A DNA stretch of 63,414 nucleotides, counting the filler. It is 4 parts of 4 records of this genome, joined end to end, with 100 filler letters (N's around TTAATTAATTAA, not from the genome) between each part and the next. Parts side by side here need not be neighbours in the genome. Positions count along the whole stretch, not along the records: positions 1 to 24,873 come from DRR723986_8696; 3 more parts are not named here. One strand, written 5' to 3'. Below, in pieces: positions 1-8,365 of this stretch. Made by a program: the position numbers and the translations under genes. Within the stretch, counting starts at the first letter, position 1. Every line of letters begins with the position of its first letter. The notes below the pieces were generated by a model that saw only the letters and a list, made by a program, of their open reading frames with translations, had not been told where the DNA came from and made no database searches.

Positions 1-384
1 GAATCTTTGGGCCCACCCTGGTTTCCCGCCACCACCGCCAAATTGTTTAACCACTCACCACACCACCAGGCACGGGCTGGCCGTCTGCATTTTTCGCAGA
101 TTCATGACCCGGCCAATTCAAATTCCTCCCACTGTTGTTTTTGGGGTTCTGACGTGAACTATGAGCCGCGGGCAGCGCGCGCTGCCATGCTCTCCTACAA
201 GCCTACGCATCTTTATGCTTGCGACAATGTGCGAAAAATCAAACGGCCACTAATTCGGTGTAAAGTGCCTCAGAACGAGTTTTTACGGACGCGTGGATGC
301 TGAATAGGGGCGTGAGATTGGCCTGGCAATATTACATCCGTGGCCGACAACAATCCCGGTGGATGCCGACCTGAAATTCAAGGC

Positions 385-439
385 CTAACAAAAAGAAAAA
401 GTAAGCCATTGAGCCGGAGGGGAAAGGGCGAAGCGCTCA
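385..439 (-). repeat. Dispersed repeat family, copy 1 (TGAGCGCTTCGCCC...GGCTTAC...CTTTTTGTTAG)
   Basis: Reverse complement reads TGAGCGCTTCGCCCTTTCCCCTCCGGCTCAATGGCTTACTTTTTCTTTTTGTTAG, matching the copies at 46129-46173 and 57917-57957. Its first TGA is the stop codon of the LytTR gene. Confidence 0.8.
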
Positions 440-1180
440 CCCACCCTCAAAATATTCCATAACCTCACGCATGCGGCGGCGGGCTATCGGCAGTTTTTTG
501 CCGTCCTGCGTAATCGCACAGTGGCGGCCGGTTTCACTTACATGCAATTCGCGAATATGCGTGGTGTTAACAATATGCGAGCGATGCAGTCTGATAAACT
601 GCGCACCATCCAAACGCTGCTCCAAAACGTCCAGCGTAAAATCGGTGGGATACATGCCCTCATCAATATGCACCAGCACCAGCTTTTCGCGCGACTCAAT
701 ATGTTTAATTTCACCCAGATGTAAAACGCGCAAACGCCGTCCCACGTGAATACTTAAGCGTTGCAGCGGTTTATCGTGCCGCTCGGCCTGCAGGGCACTT
801 AACTTTTTGGCTTGCTCAGCCGTGGAATGCAAATTGTTAAGCCTTTCAAGACATTGGCGCAGACGTTCCAGGCGCACGGGTTTGGTGATATAATCGAGAG
901 CGTGAACTTCAAAAGCACGAATCGCATATTCGTCAAATGCAGTGACAAACACAATCGTTGGACGCGGTTCGGCGAGCAGATCAAGCACGTCAAAACCGTC
1001 GAGGACCGGCATCTGAATATCCAGAAATACGACGTCCGGCGCATGTGCATGTATCAGTGGCACCGCAGCTTTTCCGCCATTTGCTTCGGCTACAACTTCT
1101 ACTCCACCGGCATTTGTTAACAGCATTTTCAGCCGCTCACGTGCCAGCTCTTCATCGTCCACAACCACACAACGCAGCAT
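437..1180 (-). CDS. LytTR-family DNA-binding response regulator
   Basis: Receiver domain (VVVDDE, FLDIQMP, FVTAFDEYA, LDYITKP) and C-terminal LytTR domain (FIRLHRSHIVN). ATG at 1180; an alternative GTG lies at 1186. Confidence 0.95.
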   Translation of the reverse strand: MLRCVVVDDEELARERLKMLLTNAGGVEVVAEANGGKAAVPLIHAHAPDVVFLDIQMPVLDGFDVLDLLAEPRPTIVFVTAFDEYAIRAFEVHALDYITKPVRLERLRQCLERLNNLHSTAEQAKKLSALQAERHDKPLQRLSIHVGRRLRVLHLGEIKHIESREKLVLVHIDEGMYPTDFTLDVLEQRLDGAQFIRLHRSHIVNTTHIRELHVSETGRHCAITQDGKKLPIARRRMREVMEYFEGG

Positions 1181-1188
1181 AAACACCC

Positions 1189-1231
1189 TTGAACGCTTCG
1201 CCCCTTTCTCAAGTGGCTTACTTCTTTTCTA
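1189..1231 (+). repeat. Dispersed repeat family, copy 2 (degenerate), between the kinase and regulator genes
   Basis: TTGAACGCTTCGCCCCTTTCTCAAGTGGCTTACTTCTTTTCTA shares the CGCTTCGCCCC and TGGCTTAC blocks and a T-rich tail with the other copies. Confidence 0.65.
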
Positions 1232-2428
1232 CATGTTTTCCCCGGCCCCGGAAGCCGGATTGTTTAACTGCACACCACTGAGCCCCAGGCCTTGGGGCCT
1301 GACAGATTTACGGCCAGCAATCTCCACGTACGGGAAATGTAATTCAACCTGGTTCCGCTCAACCAGCAACTCAGCCTCCGCGCCAAACTCCAGCTGCAGC
1401 CGCCTGTGTACATTCGAAAGTCCAGTGCCCTGGGAAAACACCTGCTCCAGATCAACAGAATTAAAACCTGGCCCCGTGTCCGCCACTACAATGCTGACCA
1501 TGTCTTCTTTGCGTTCGGCGCTGACAGAAATCACGCAGGCATCTTCACTCTTGTTTAACCCGTGTTTAATTGAGTTCTCAACCAGCGGCTGCAAACTAAG
1601 GCTCGGCAATGAGGCCCGGCGGATATGATCGGGAACCTTCCACTCAACCGTAAGGCGGTCGCGGAAACGCGTTTCTTCAATTTCCAGATAGAGCTCGGCG
1701 GCATAAAGTTCATCGGCCAGGCTAACGACGGAATGATCTGAGGCACGCAGACTGTAACGGAAGAGGTCGGCTAATTGCTCCGTGACTTCCTCGGCTTCGT
1801 TGGGCCGTAAACGAATCAGTGAAGCAATCGAGTTAAGTGCGTTAAACAGAAAATGCGGATTGATCTGCGCACGCAGTGCGCGTAGCTCAGAGTCCAGAGC
1901 CGTCTGGCGTGCCTGCCCCAATTCGTAATTAATCCGAACCATATACATGTAGCTGCTGAACAGCAGACTAAACATGAGAGTGATCAGGCCAATAACAGAA
2001 GTTTTGTACACATCTAAATCACAGTCACGCAGCCACATTTCAAACTGCATCGCAGCGCCAAGCACTACAAATGCAACAACTAACTGAACCATCGAAAACA
2101 CAAATGCAGTTTTGGCCGAACGCGCACGCATCCGTCCTAGCAGCCAGCTTCCACTAAACAACTGCGTGGAAAGTACAATCGTGCAATAACTCACAGTAAA
2201 CAGAAAGGCCTGGGGTGGCCCATCCGAAAAGTCCAGATTTGGGGATTGAAGCCACGCAAACGTAAGGTCCGGTTTAAACGCCAGGCTCGTCCAGATTGTG
2301 CCGAGGAAAGTCATCACCGCCAGAGCCACCAGAAATGTAGCGACCTGACCTGTGCGCGTACTGTGCAGCACAAAACCGTTGGGCGAACGGCCCGTGCGTT
2401 GATGATGTTTCTTTATGTATTCACGCAT
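1229..2428 (-). CDS. LytS/YehU-family sensor histidine kinase
   Basis: N-terminal transmembrane helices, ELRALRAQINPHFLFNALNSI H-box, LQPLVENSIKHG N-box, DTGPG and GTGLSNV G-boxes. Start uncertain (ORF is open to 2452). Confidence 0.95.
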   Translation of the reverse strand: MREYIKKHHQRTGRSPNGFVLHSTRTGQVATFLVALAVMTFLGTIWTSLAFKPDLTFAWLQSPNLDFSDGPPQAFLFTVSYCTIVLSTQLFSGSWLLGRMRARSAKTAFVFSMVQLVVAFVVLGAAMQFEMWLRDCDLDVYKTSVIGLITLMFSLLFSSYMYMVRINYELGQARQTALDSELRALRAQINPHFLFNALNSIASLIRLRPNEAEEVTEQLADLFRYSLRASDHSVVSLADELYAAELYLEIEETRFRDRLTVEWKVPDHIRRASLPSLSLQPLVENSIKHGLNKSEDACVISVSAERKEDMVSIVVADTGPGFNSVDLEQVFSQGTGLSNVHRRLQLEFGAEAELLVERNQVELHFPYVEIAGRKSVRPQGLGLSGVQLNNPASGAGENM

Positions 2429-2503
2429 GTTATCTCTCCAATTTGAATACACCCAACTTACAACATGCAGCGACGGCGGTCAAGAGGCTTGTACCGGCGC
2501 CTT

Positions 2504-2554
2504 ACCGTTCGTCCTCCGCTCAGAACCGTTCGTCGGAATTTTCTGCCGTCCATC
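2504..2554 (+). promoter_or_regulatory. LytTR-type operator: direct repeats ACCGTTCGTC (2504-2513, 2525-2534) and degenerate GCCGTCCATC (2545-2554)
   Basis: Two perfect 10-mers 21 bp apart and a third 20 bp further, lying in the divergent gap between the LytS/LytTR pair and the TBDR genes. The 10-mer equals the P. aeruginosa AlgR (LytTR) consensus. Confidence 0.8.
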
Positions 2555-2644
2555 GTTTCCGATTCGCTCCACAGGCGCTCTGAGCCACAAGTTGCATCCA
2601 AACATTCGATGATAATCCAATGACTTTTTCAAACGGAGCAGCAA

Positions 2645-4954
2645 GTGCATACGATCCTCTCATCCAACGTAGTAATCATAGCGTTTATCTTGGTAGCATG
2701 TTTTTATCCTGAAGCTTTGATGTCGCAGTCAGAGACCGGATCACTCAAGGGCCAAATTTTCAACGCGCAAACACAACAGAGTCTGGCAGGCGCAACGGTA
2801 GTGATTGCCGGAACCAAACGCGGTACTTTCAGCGATTCCAAAGGTGAATTTAGCCTGGAAGACCTGGCTCCCGGAGCCTATACACTTAACGTCAGTCTTC
2901 TGGGATATGCGCCATTTGCAGAAACAGATGTGATCATCAGGCCCGACCGCAGGACACGCCTGGAAATTGGCCTGACGGAGAGTTATGTAGAATCGGAAGG
3001 TGTCGAAATCAGTGCCGGCGCCTTTTCGAACGTCAGCGGCGAACGCATCAGTCGCACCTCGTTTAATGCAGAAGAGGCCAGACGCACACCCGGAACCGGC
3101 GGAGATGTTGGCCGCGTATTGACCACACTCCCCAGCGTGGCACAAACCGATAACCGCGAGGCAGGCCTGGCGGTGCGTGGCGGCAGCCCGGCTGAGAATG
3201 CCTACTTCATAGATCACATTCCCGTACCGAACATCAATCACTTTCCGAGCCTGGGCAATGCCAGTGGCGCAATTAGTTTGTTAAACATGGACTTTGTAGA
3301 TGACATCTCACTGCAGGCCGGTGGTTTTAACGCACAATATTCCGACAGACTTTCTTCCGTTGTCGGGATAGAGTTCCGCGAAGGCAATCGCGAAAGTTAC
3401 GACATGCAGCTCGACATCAACGCCACGGGATTTGGCGGCGGCATAGAGGGGCCAATTCCAGGAGTTGACGGTTCGTTCATGATATCGGCCAAACGCAGTT
3501 TCCTGGATCTGTTGGTAGAAGGCCTGGGCACGGGAATTGCTCCACGTTTTGCGAATGTACAGGGCAAAGCGCTTGTGGACCTCAACGAGTCAAATCGTCT
3601 GACGCTGTTGGAGATTTATGGCGAAGATGATTTCATCATGGATAAAGAGGATGCGATTGACAATGAGGACCGTGAGTATGGCCAGACAAATTCAATGCAG
3701 AATACCTTTGGTTTAACATGGCGTGCCCTCTGGGATGGCCCGGGATACTCCAAGACGTCGCTTTCATACTCTCTGATTGACAGAGATGAGAACTGGCAAA
3801 ATGTTAAAGATGACATCTTGCAAGTACGCTCAGACGTGCAGGAGAATTTGTTTAACTTGCGCAATACAAATTACTACGAGTTAAGTAGTGCACATCGCGT
3901 GGAGTTTGGTGTAGATGCTGCGGTTACGACCGGCGACTATCTGTTTGACTTTGGCGCAACTGTTAATCCTTCCAACAGCGAAGCAATTCCGGCATTCAGC
4001 ATCGAGCGCGATGCTGACAATTTCCGCGGTGGGGCTTTTGGCTCATGGACCTGGGCTCTTATTCCACAAATTGAGTTAACAGGTGGACTGCGTGCCGATT
4101 ATTACGACTGGAACGAAGACTTCACGCTGGCGCCGCGGCTCTCGGCTTCGTGGCTGGCAACGCAGCGTTTAACAATTAACGCCGCCTGGGGACAGTACTT
4201 CCAGACGCTGCCGATGAGCATGCTGGCCCAGTCGACCTTAAGCGCAGACCTGGCAACACCACGGGCGGACCACGCCGTTCTTGGTGCCGACTACATGTTA
4301 ACAAGTGACACCAAGTTAAGCCTGGAAGGCTACTACAAAACCTATACAGACATGCCGCTGGATCCGAATGATCCACTGCACTTTCCAGTCGACCGCATTG
4401 GCCTGGAGAACAGCATTGACAACTCCGCAGACTTCATTGGCGGCGGTGAAGCGCGCTCCTACGGTCTTGAGCTGATGATGCAGAAGAAACTGGCCGAGGA
4501 CTTTTATGGAATTGTCAGCGGCTCTTGGTTTCGCAGTGAGTACAAGGACTTAACGGGCACCTGGCGCGACCGTAGTTACGACAATCAATTTATGATCAAT
4601 GTTATCGGTGGGTTTAAGCCCAGTCATCTCTGGGAATTTTCTGCGCGCTGGACGGTTGCCGGCGGACGCCCGTTCACGCCAATTGACCTTGCGGCCTCAA
4701 ATGCTGTCGGTTTTCAGGTTAATGATGCTACACAGCCAATGGGCGAACGTTTCCCCGTGTATCACAACCTGAACGTCCGCGTTGACCGCCGTTTTAACTT
4801 TTCCAGCTCCAGCTTGATTGTGTACCTGGATGTGTGGAATGCCTACAACCAGGAGAATGTAGCGTTTTATCGGTGGGATAAAGAAGAAGGTGACATCGAC
4901 ACTGAACTCCAGTGGTCGCTGTTGCCTGTACTCGGAATGGAATTTGAGTTTTAG
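2645..4954 (+). CDS. TonB-dependent receptor with N-terminal CarboxypepD_reg-like domain
   Basis: Signal peptide, GSLKGQI..GATVVI..GTFSDSKGEF Ig-like domain, plug motif LAVRGGSPAEN, GGFNAQYSDRLSSV, C-terminal beta-signal GMEFEF. Confidence 0.92.
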   Translation: MHTILSSNVVIIAFILVACFYPEALMSQSETGSLKGQIFNAQTQQSLAGATVVIAGTKRGTFSDSKGEFSLEDLAPGAYTLNVSLLGYAPFAETDVIIRPDRRTRLEIGLTESYVESEGVEISAGAFSNVSGERISRTSFNAEEARRTPGTGGDVGRVLTTLPSVAQTDNREAGLAVRGGSPAENAYFIDHIPVPNINHFPSLGNASGAISLLNMDFVDDISLQAGGFNAQYSDRLSSVVGIEFREGNRESYDMQLDINATGFGGGIEGPIPGVDGSFMISAKRSFLDLLVEGLGTGIAPRFANVQGKALVDLNESNRLTLLEIYGEDDFIMDKEDAIDNEDREYGQTNSMQNTFGLTWRALWDGPGYSKTSLSYSLIDRDENWQNVKDDILQVRSDVQENLFNLRNTNYYELSSAHRVEFGVDAAVTTGDYLFDFGATVNPSNSEAIPAFSIERDADNFRGGAFGSWTWALIPQIELTGGLRADYYDWNEDFTLAPRLSASWLATQRLTINAAWGQYFQTLPMSMLAQSTLSADLATPRADHAVLGADYMLTSDTKLSLEGYYKTYTDMPLDPNDPLHFPVDRIGLENSIDNSADFIGGGEARSYGLELMMQKKLAEDFYGIVSGSWFRSEYKDLTGTWRDRSYDNQFMINVIGGFKPSHLWEFSARWTVAGGRPFTPIDLAASNAVGFQVNDATQPMGERFPVYHNLNVRVDRRFNFSSSSLIVYLDVWNAYNQENVAFYRWDKEEGDIDTELQWSLLPVLGMEFEF

Positions 4955-5009
4955 GTTGGCAAGTTAGAGATGAGCGGATATTAACATCGCAAGATGCAGA
5001 CATCCGTCC

Positions 5010-5054
5010 ACACCCGCTTCGAGAGAGAGGACTCGGAGCGGGTGTTGTTGTTTT
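5010..5054 (+). terminator. Intrinsic terminator after TBDR 1
   Basis: Stem ACACCCGCTTCGAG / CTCGGAGCGGGTGT followed by TGTTGTTTT. Confidence 0.75.
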
Positions 5055-5085
5055 AAACTTCCCTGAAACCTTTTCTGCACAGGCG

Positions 5086-5093
5086 TATCTTTG
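5086..5093 (+). promoter_or_regulatory. Bacteroidota-type -7 promoter element TATCTTTG upstream of TBDR 2
   Basis: Matches TAnnTTTG; about 50 nt before the start at 5145 and directly after a terminator. Confidence 0.55.
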
Positions 5094-5144
5094 TAACCCT
5101 GTACGCTCTTTTCATTCCTCTCACACAGTCTCAAAGCTCAACTG

Positions 5145-7445
5145 ATGTTAATCCAACTTATTCGGCTTCCCCGACTTTCACCTTGCCTGATCTCTTGTTT
5201 GTCCCTGCTGCTGCTCTCCAGCCTGGTGGCCCCAGCCATACATGCCCAAACCGGCAGCATCCGTGGCAAGGTTGTCGATGCCGATTCGCAGCGGCCACTG
5301 GCTGGTGTGACTGTGCGACTGCTGAACACCAAACGCGGTGCCTCCAGCCGCATAGACGGGAGCTTTAAGATTGACAGCATTCCAGCCGGAAGTTACGTCG
5401 TTGGGTTTTCAATGATCGGTTATGCGGGCTTCAACCAAAGTGATGTGATTGTGCGGCCGGGCCGCGTGGCACTCGTTGATGCCGTCCTGAACAGCCAGGC
5501 CTTTGAGAGTGAAGGAGTCACGGTATCCTCGGGATTTTTCCGCGAAAACTCGCAGATGGAAATCAGTGCGGCCCGTTTTAACTCTGAAGAGATTCGGCGT
5601 ATGCCCGGAACGGCAGGTGACGTCAGCCGCATAGTCTCGGCGCTACCTTCAGTTGTGCAGATGAGTGATGAAGAGAACAACCTCCTGGTGCGCGGTGGAC
5701 TTTCGAACGAGAACGGCTTCTACATTGACAATATTTACATTCCGAATATCAATCACTTTCCTGAGGCTGGTACGGCGGGCGGTGGCATCAGCGTCTTGAA
5801 CATTGATTTCATTCGCGAGTTGCAGTTTTCGGCCGGCGGATTCTCTGCGGCTTTTGGCAATCGCCTCTCTTCAATCATGGATGTGAAGTTCCGCGAGGGC
5901 AACCGCGAAGATTTTGACGGTCAGATAGACCTCAATATCGCGGGCTTTGGTGGTACGGCCGAGGGCCCATGGCCGGATGGCAAAGGCTCATGGCTGATAT
6001 CATTAAAGCGCAGCTACATTGACTTGATTGCCGACGCGGTTGGCACGGAGGAAGCACCGACTTTTGGTGATGTACATGCAAAGTTGAGCTATGATCTCAA
6101 CGATGAACACTCACTGTATTTTCTGAATATCTATGGTGATAATGCCGTTTCACGAACTCCGGAGGAAGCACGCGAGAAGGGCCGCAGCACCTGGTTTGAA
6201 GAAGAGGCCTTCCAGAATACCAGCGGTGTGACCTGGCGTTGGCTGTGGGGTGATAACGCATATTCGCTCACATCACTCTCGTATTCGTTTTCGCAACTGC
6301 GCAACCTGGATCAGCGCCTGAGCGACGATCGCCCGTTTAATGAAGACGTCCTGGATGAAACGGCACTCGTCCTGCGCAGCAACTCCTGGATAAGCCTGAA
6401 CGACAAACACAAGCTTGAGACTGGATTTGAAGTACAGGTGGACGGTCTGGACTACGAACAGACCACGGAGTCCGGTCCAAACGGTGAAGTAACAACTAAC
6501 GCGTATGATTTGAGCGAACAGCGCATTGGGCTCTTTGCGAGCCATGCCTGGACACCACTAAGTTGGCTTAATGTTACAGCGGGACTGCGCGCTGACTACT
6601 ATTCAGTGACTGATGAGGTTTTGGTCGCGCCGCGCGGCTCCATGACACTTTCGCTACGTGATGACCTGCGCCTTAAGCTGGCAGGCGGTCTCTACCGGCA
6701 AACGCTGCCGTATTATTCGCTTGCGCAATTCCCATTCTTACAGGAATTGACCAATCCATCGGCAGTGCATATGATTGCCGGTTTGGAATATGATCTGAGC
6801 AACGCTACCCGTGTTTCGCTAGAAGTTTACAACAAGGCCTACAGCGACTTCCCAATGAGTGCCAACGCTCCATATTTATTCCTGATTGACAGGGTCAACC
6901 CCTTTAGGGAGCAGCTTTCTGAAATTGACGACAGCGGAACGGCATGGTCACGTGGCGTGGAGTTGTTTATCCAGAAAAAGTTGGCGGAAAATTTCCATGG
7001 TCTTGTTAGTGTTACAGTTTTCCGCAGCCGTTACGAAGACTTGAATGGTGTAACGCGCAACCGCCTTTTTGACAATCGCTATGCTATGAGCCTGATTGGT
7101 GGATATAAGGTAGGCCGCGCCTGGGAATTCAGTGTGCGCTTCAATCTCTCCGGAGGACGGGCCGATACTCCATTTGATCTTGAGCAATCCAGCAGGCAAG
7201 GTTTCGGTATCTACGACCGCGCAAGATTTAACGACGATTATCTGCCCGATTATCAATCTCTCAACCTGCGCGCAGATCACCGCTTTTTCTTTGAGAGTAC
7301 GACACTGACAATGTATATCAGCGTCTGGAATGTCTACAACCGCGAAAATGTGATGGAATACGATTGGGATTTTGAGACTCAGGCCCCGCGTGCCGAAAAA
7401 CAGTTCGGATTATTACCTCTGGCGGGCTTCGAATTTGAGTTTTGA
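5145..7445 (+). CDS. TonB-dependent receptor, tandem paralog of 2645-4954
   Basis: Same architecture and shared motifs (VRGG, PNINHFP, FREGNRE, QKKLAE, C-terminal GFEFEF). Confidence 0.92.
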   Translation: MLIQLIRLPRLSPCLISCLSLLLLSSLVAPAIHAQTGSIRGKVVDADSQRPLAGVTVRLLNTKRGASSRIDGSFKIDSIPAGSYVVGFSMIGYAGFNQSDVIVRPGRVALVDAVLNSQAFESEGVTVSSGFFRENSQMEISAARFNSEEIRRMPGTAGDVSRIVSALPSVVQMSDEENNLLVRGGLSNENGFYIDNIYIPNINHFPEAGTAGGGISVLNIDFIRELQFSAGGFSAAFGNRLSSIMDVKFREGNREDFDGQIDLNIAGFGGTAEGPWPDGKGSWLISLKRSYIDLIADAVGTEEAPTFGDVHAKLSYDLNDEHSLYFLNIYGDNAVSRTPEEAREKGRSTWFEEEAFQNTSGVTWRWLWGDNAYSLTSLSYSFSQLRNLDQRLSDDRPFNEDVLDETALVLRSNSWISLNDKHKLETGFEVQVDGLDYEQTTESGPNGEVTTNAYDLSEQRIGLFASHAWTPLSWLNVTAGLRADYYSVTDEVLVAPRGSMTLSLRDDLRLKLAGGLYRQTLPYYSLAQFPFLQELTNPSAVHMIAGLEYDLSNATRVSLEVYNKAYSDFPMSANAPYLFLIDRVNPFREQLSEIDDSGTAWSRGVELFIQKKLAENFHGLVSVTVFRSRYEDLNGVTRNRLFDNRYAMSLIGGYKVGRAWEFSVRFNLSGGRADTPFDLEQSSRQGFGIYDRARFNDDYLPDYQSLNLRADHRFFFESTTLTMYISVWNVYNRENVMEYDWDFETQAPRAEKQFGLLPLAGFEFEF

Positions 7446-7546
7446 CGTCCGCGGCGGTACGTCCGACAGAACTTTCATTTCGTTTTTAGATACGTTTAAC
7501 CGGAAAATCAGACCGTTCACACCGAATTGCAGCCCGGATAACTTTT

Positions 7547-7554
7547 TATATTTG
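7547..7554 (+). promoter_or_regulatory. Bacteroidota-type -7 element TATATTTG upstream of the GxxExxY gene
   Basis: TAnnTTTG match with a TTG about 20 nt upstream. Confidence 0.5.
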
Positions 7555-7619
7555 GTTTGTAGGTCTATTTGCAGGCATATTGCGTCAAGATTTTTTGCAG
7601 TAAAAATTTGACGAGTAAT

Positions 7620-8000
7620 ATGATGAAACAGGCTGAACTAGTACAAAATGTGGTCGATGCAGCCGTCGAAGTTCGCGAGGTCCTCGGCCCCGGGCTTAAG
7701 ATAGAGACGTATGCCGCCTGCCTATGCCACGAATTGGACGATCGAAGTATCGAATACCGCCAGAACATTTCCTTTCCGGTCATGTACAAAAATCGCGACA
7801 CTGAGGATTCAATCTGCGTTGACATTCTGATCGACGAACAAATTGTGGTTCACGTTATGCGTGATCAACAGTTGGGTTCGGAGAAGACCTCGGCGGTGCT
7901 TGCACAAATGCGCCACTCAAGTAAGGAAACCGGCCTGGTGCTGAACTTTGAGGCCGGCGGCTCGGTCAGCGGACTGCGTTATTTGATACTCAACCAGTGA
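7620..8000 (+). CDS. GxxExxY-family (PD-(D/E)XK-like) protein with degenerate motifs
   Basis: DAAVEVREVLGPGL..Y..CL.HEL, PVMYK, DILID and GLVLNF match the family pattern. ATG at 7620. Confidence 0.8.
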   Translation: MMKQAELVQNVVDAAVEVREVLGPGLKIETYAACLCHELDDRSIEYRQNISFPVMYKNRDTEDSICVDILIDEQIVVHVMRDQQLGSEKTSAVLAQMRHSSKETGLVLNFEAGGSVSGLRYLILNQ

Positions 8001-8267
8001 CTGCCACCCGCAGTTGATGATGCGCGATCACATATCTCAGAACGCAGTAAACCGCTGCAGTACTTTAGTTAGATGTTTAGACTTGACATCAAAAAAATCA
8101 GCTCTATTGAATCTGCGGATAGTGGAATGGACTGGTGAACTTACACTTGGGGAATGTGCTCTGACTCACCGAGTTCAAAGTGATACGACATAGCGCTCTT
8201 GAGACGCAGAAGTATTCCGACTAAACCTGCGAAGCAGGGAGACTACCAGACGCGCAAGCGGTACTAA

Positions 8268-8306
8268 CAAAAATGGGCTGCCACTCATAAAAGAGGGCAA
8301 CCCATT
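8268..8306 (-). terminator. Intrinsic terminator after the MBL-rhodanese gene (possibly bidirectional)
   Basis: AATGGGCTGCC-ACTC..GAG-GGCAACCCATT hairpin with a T-run on the minus strand. Confidence 0.7.
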
Positions 8307-8365
8307 GTGGTGTTATGCCATTGAGCCATACAAAACACTTTCTGATTGGCAAGCTGTGAACGACG

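Noticed and set aside
385-439. Dispersed repeat read as an integron attC site (GCCTAAC/GTTAGGC, CTTCGC)
   Set aside because: Only this copy has a GTTRRRY core, no matching inverse core forms the attC hairpin, and there is no integrase or cassette array.
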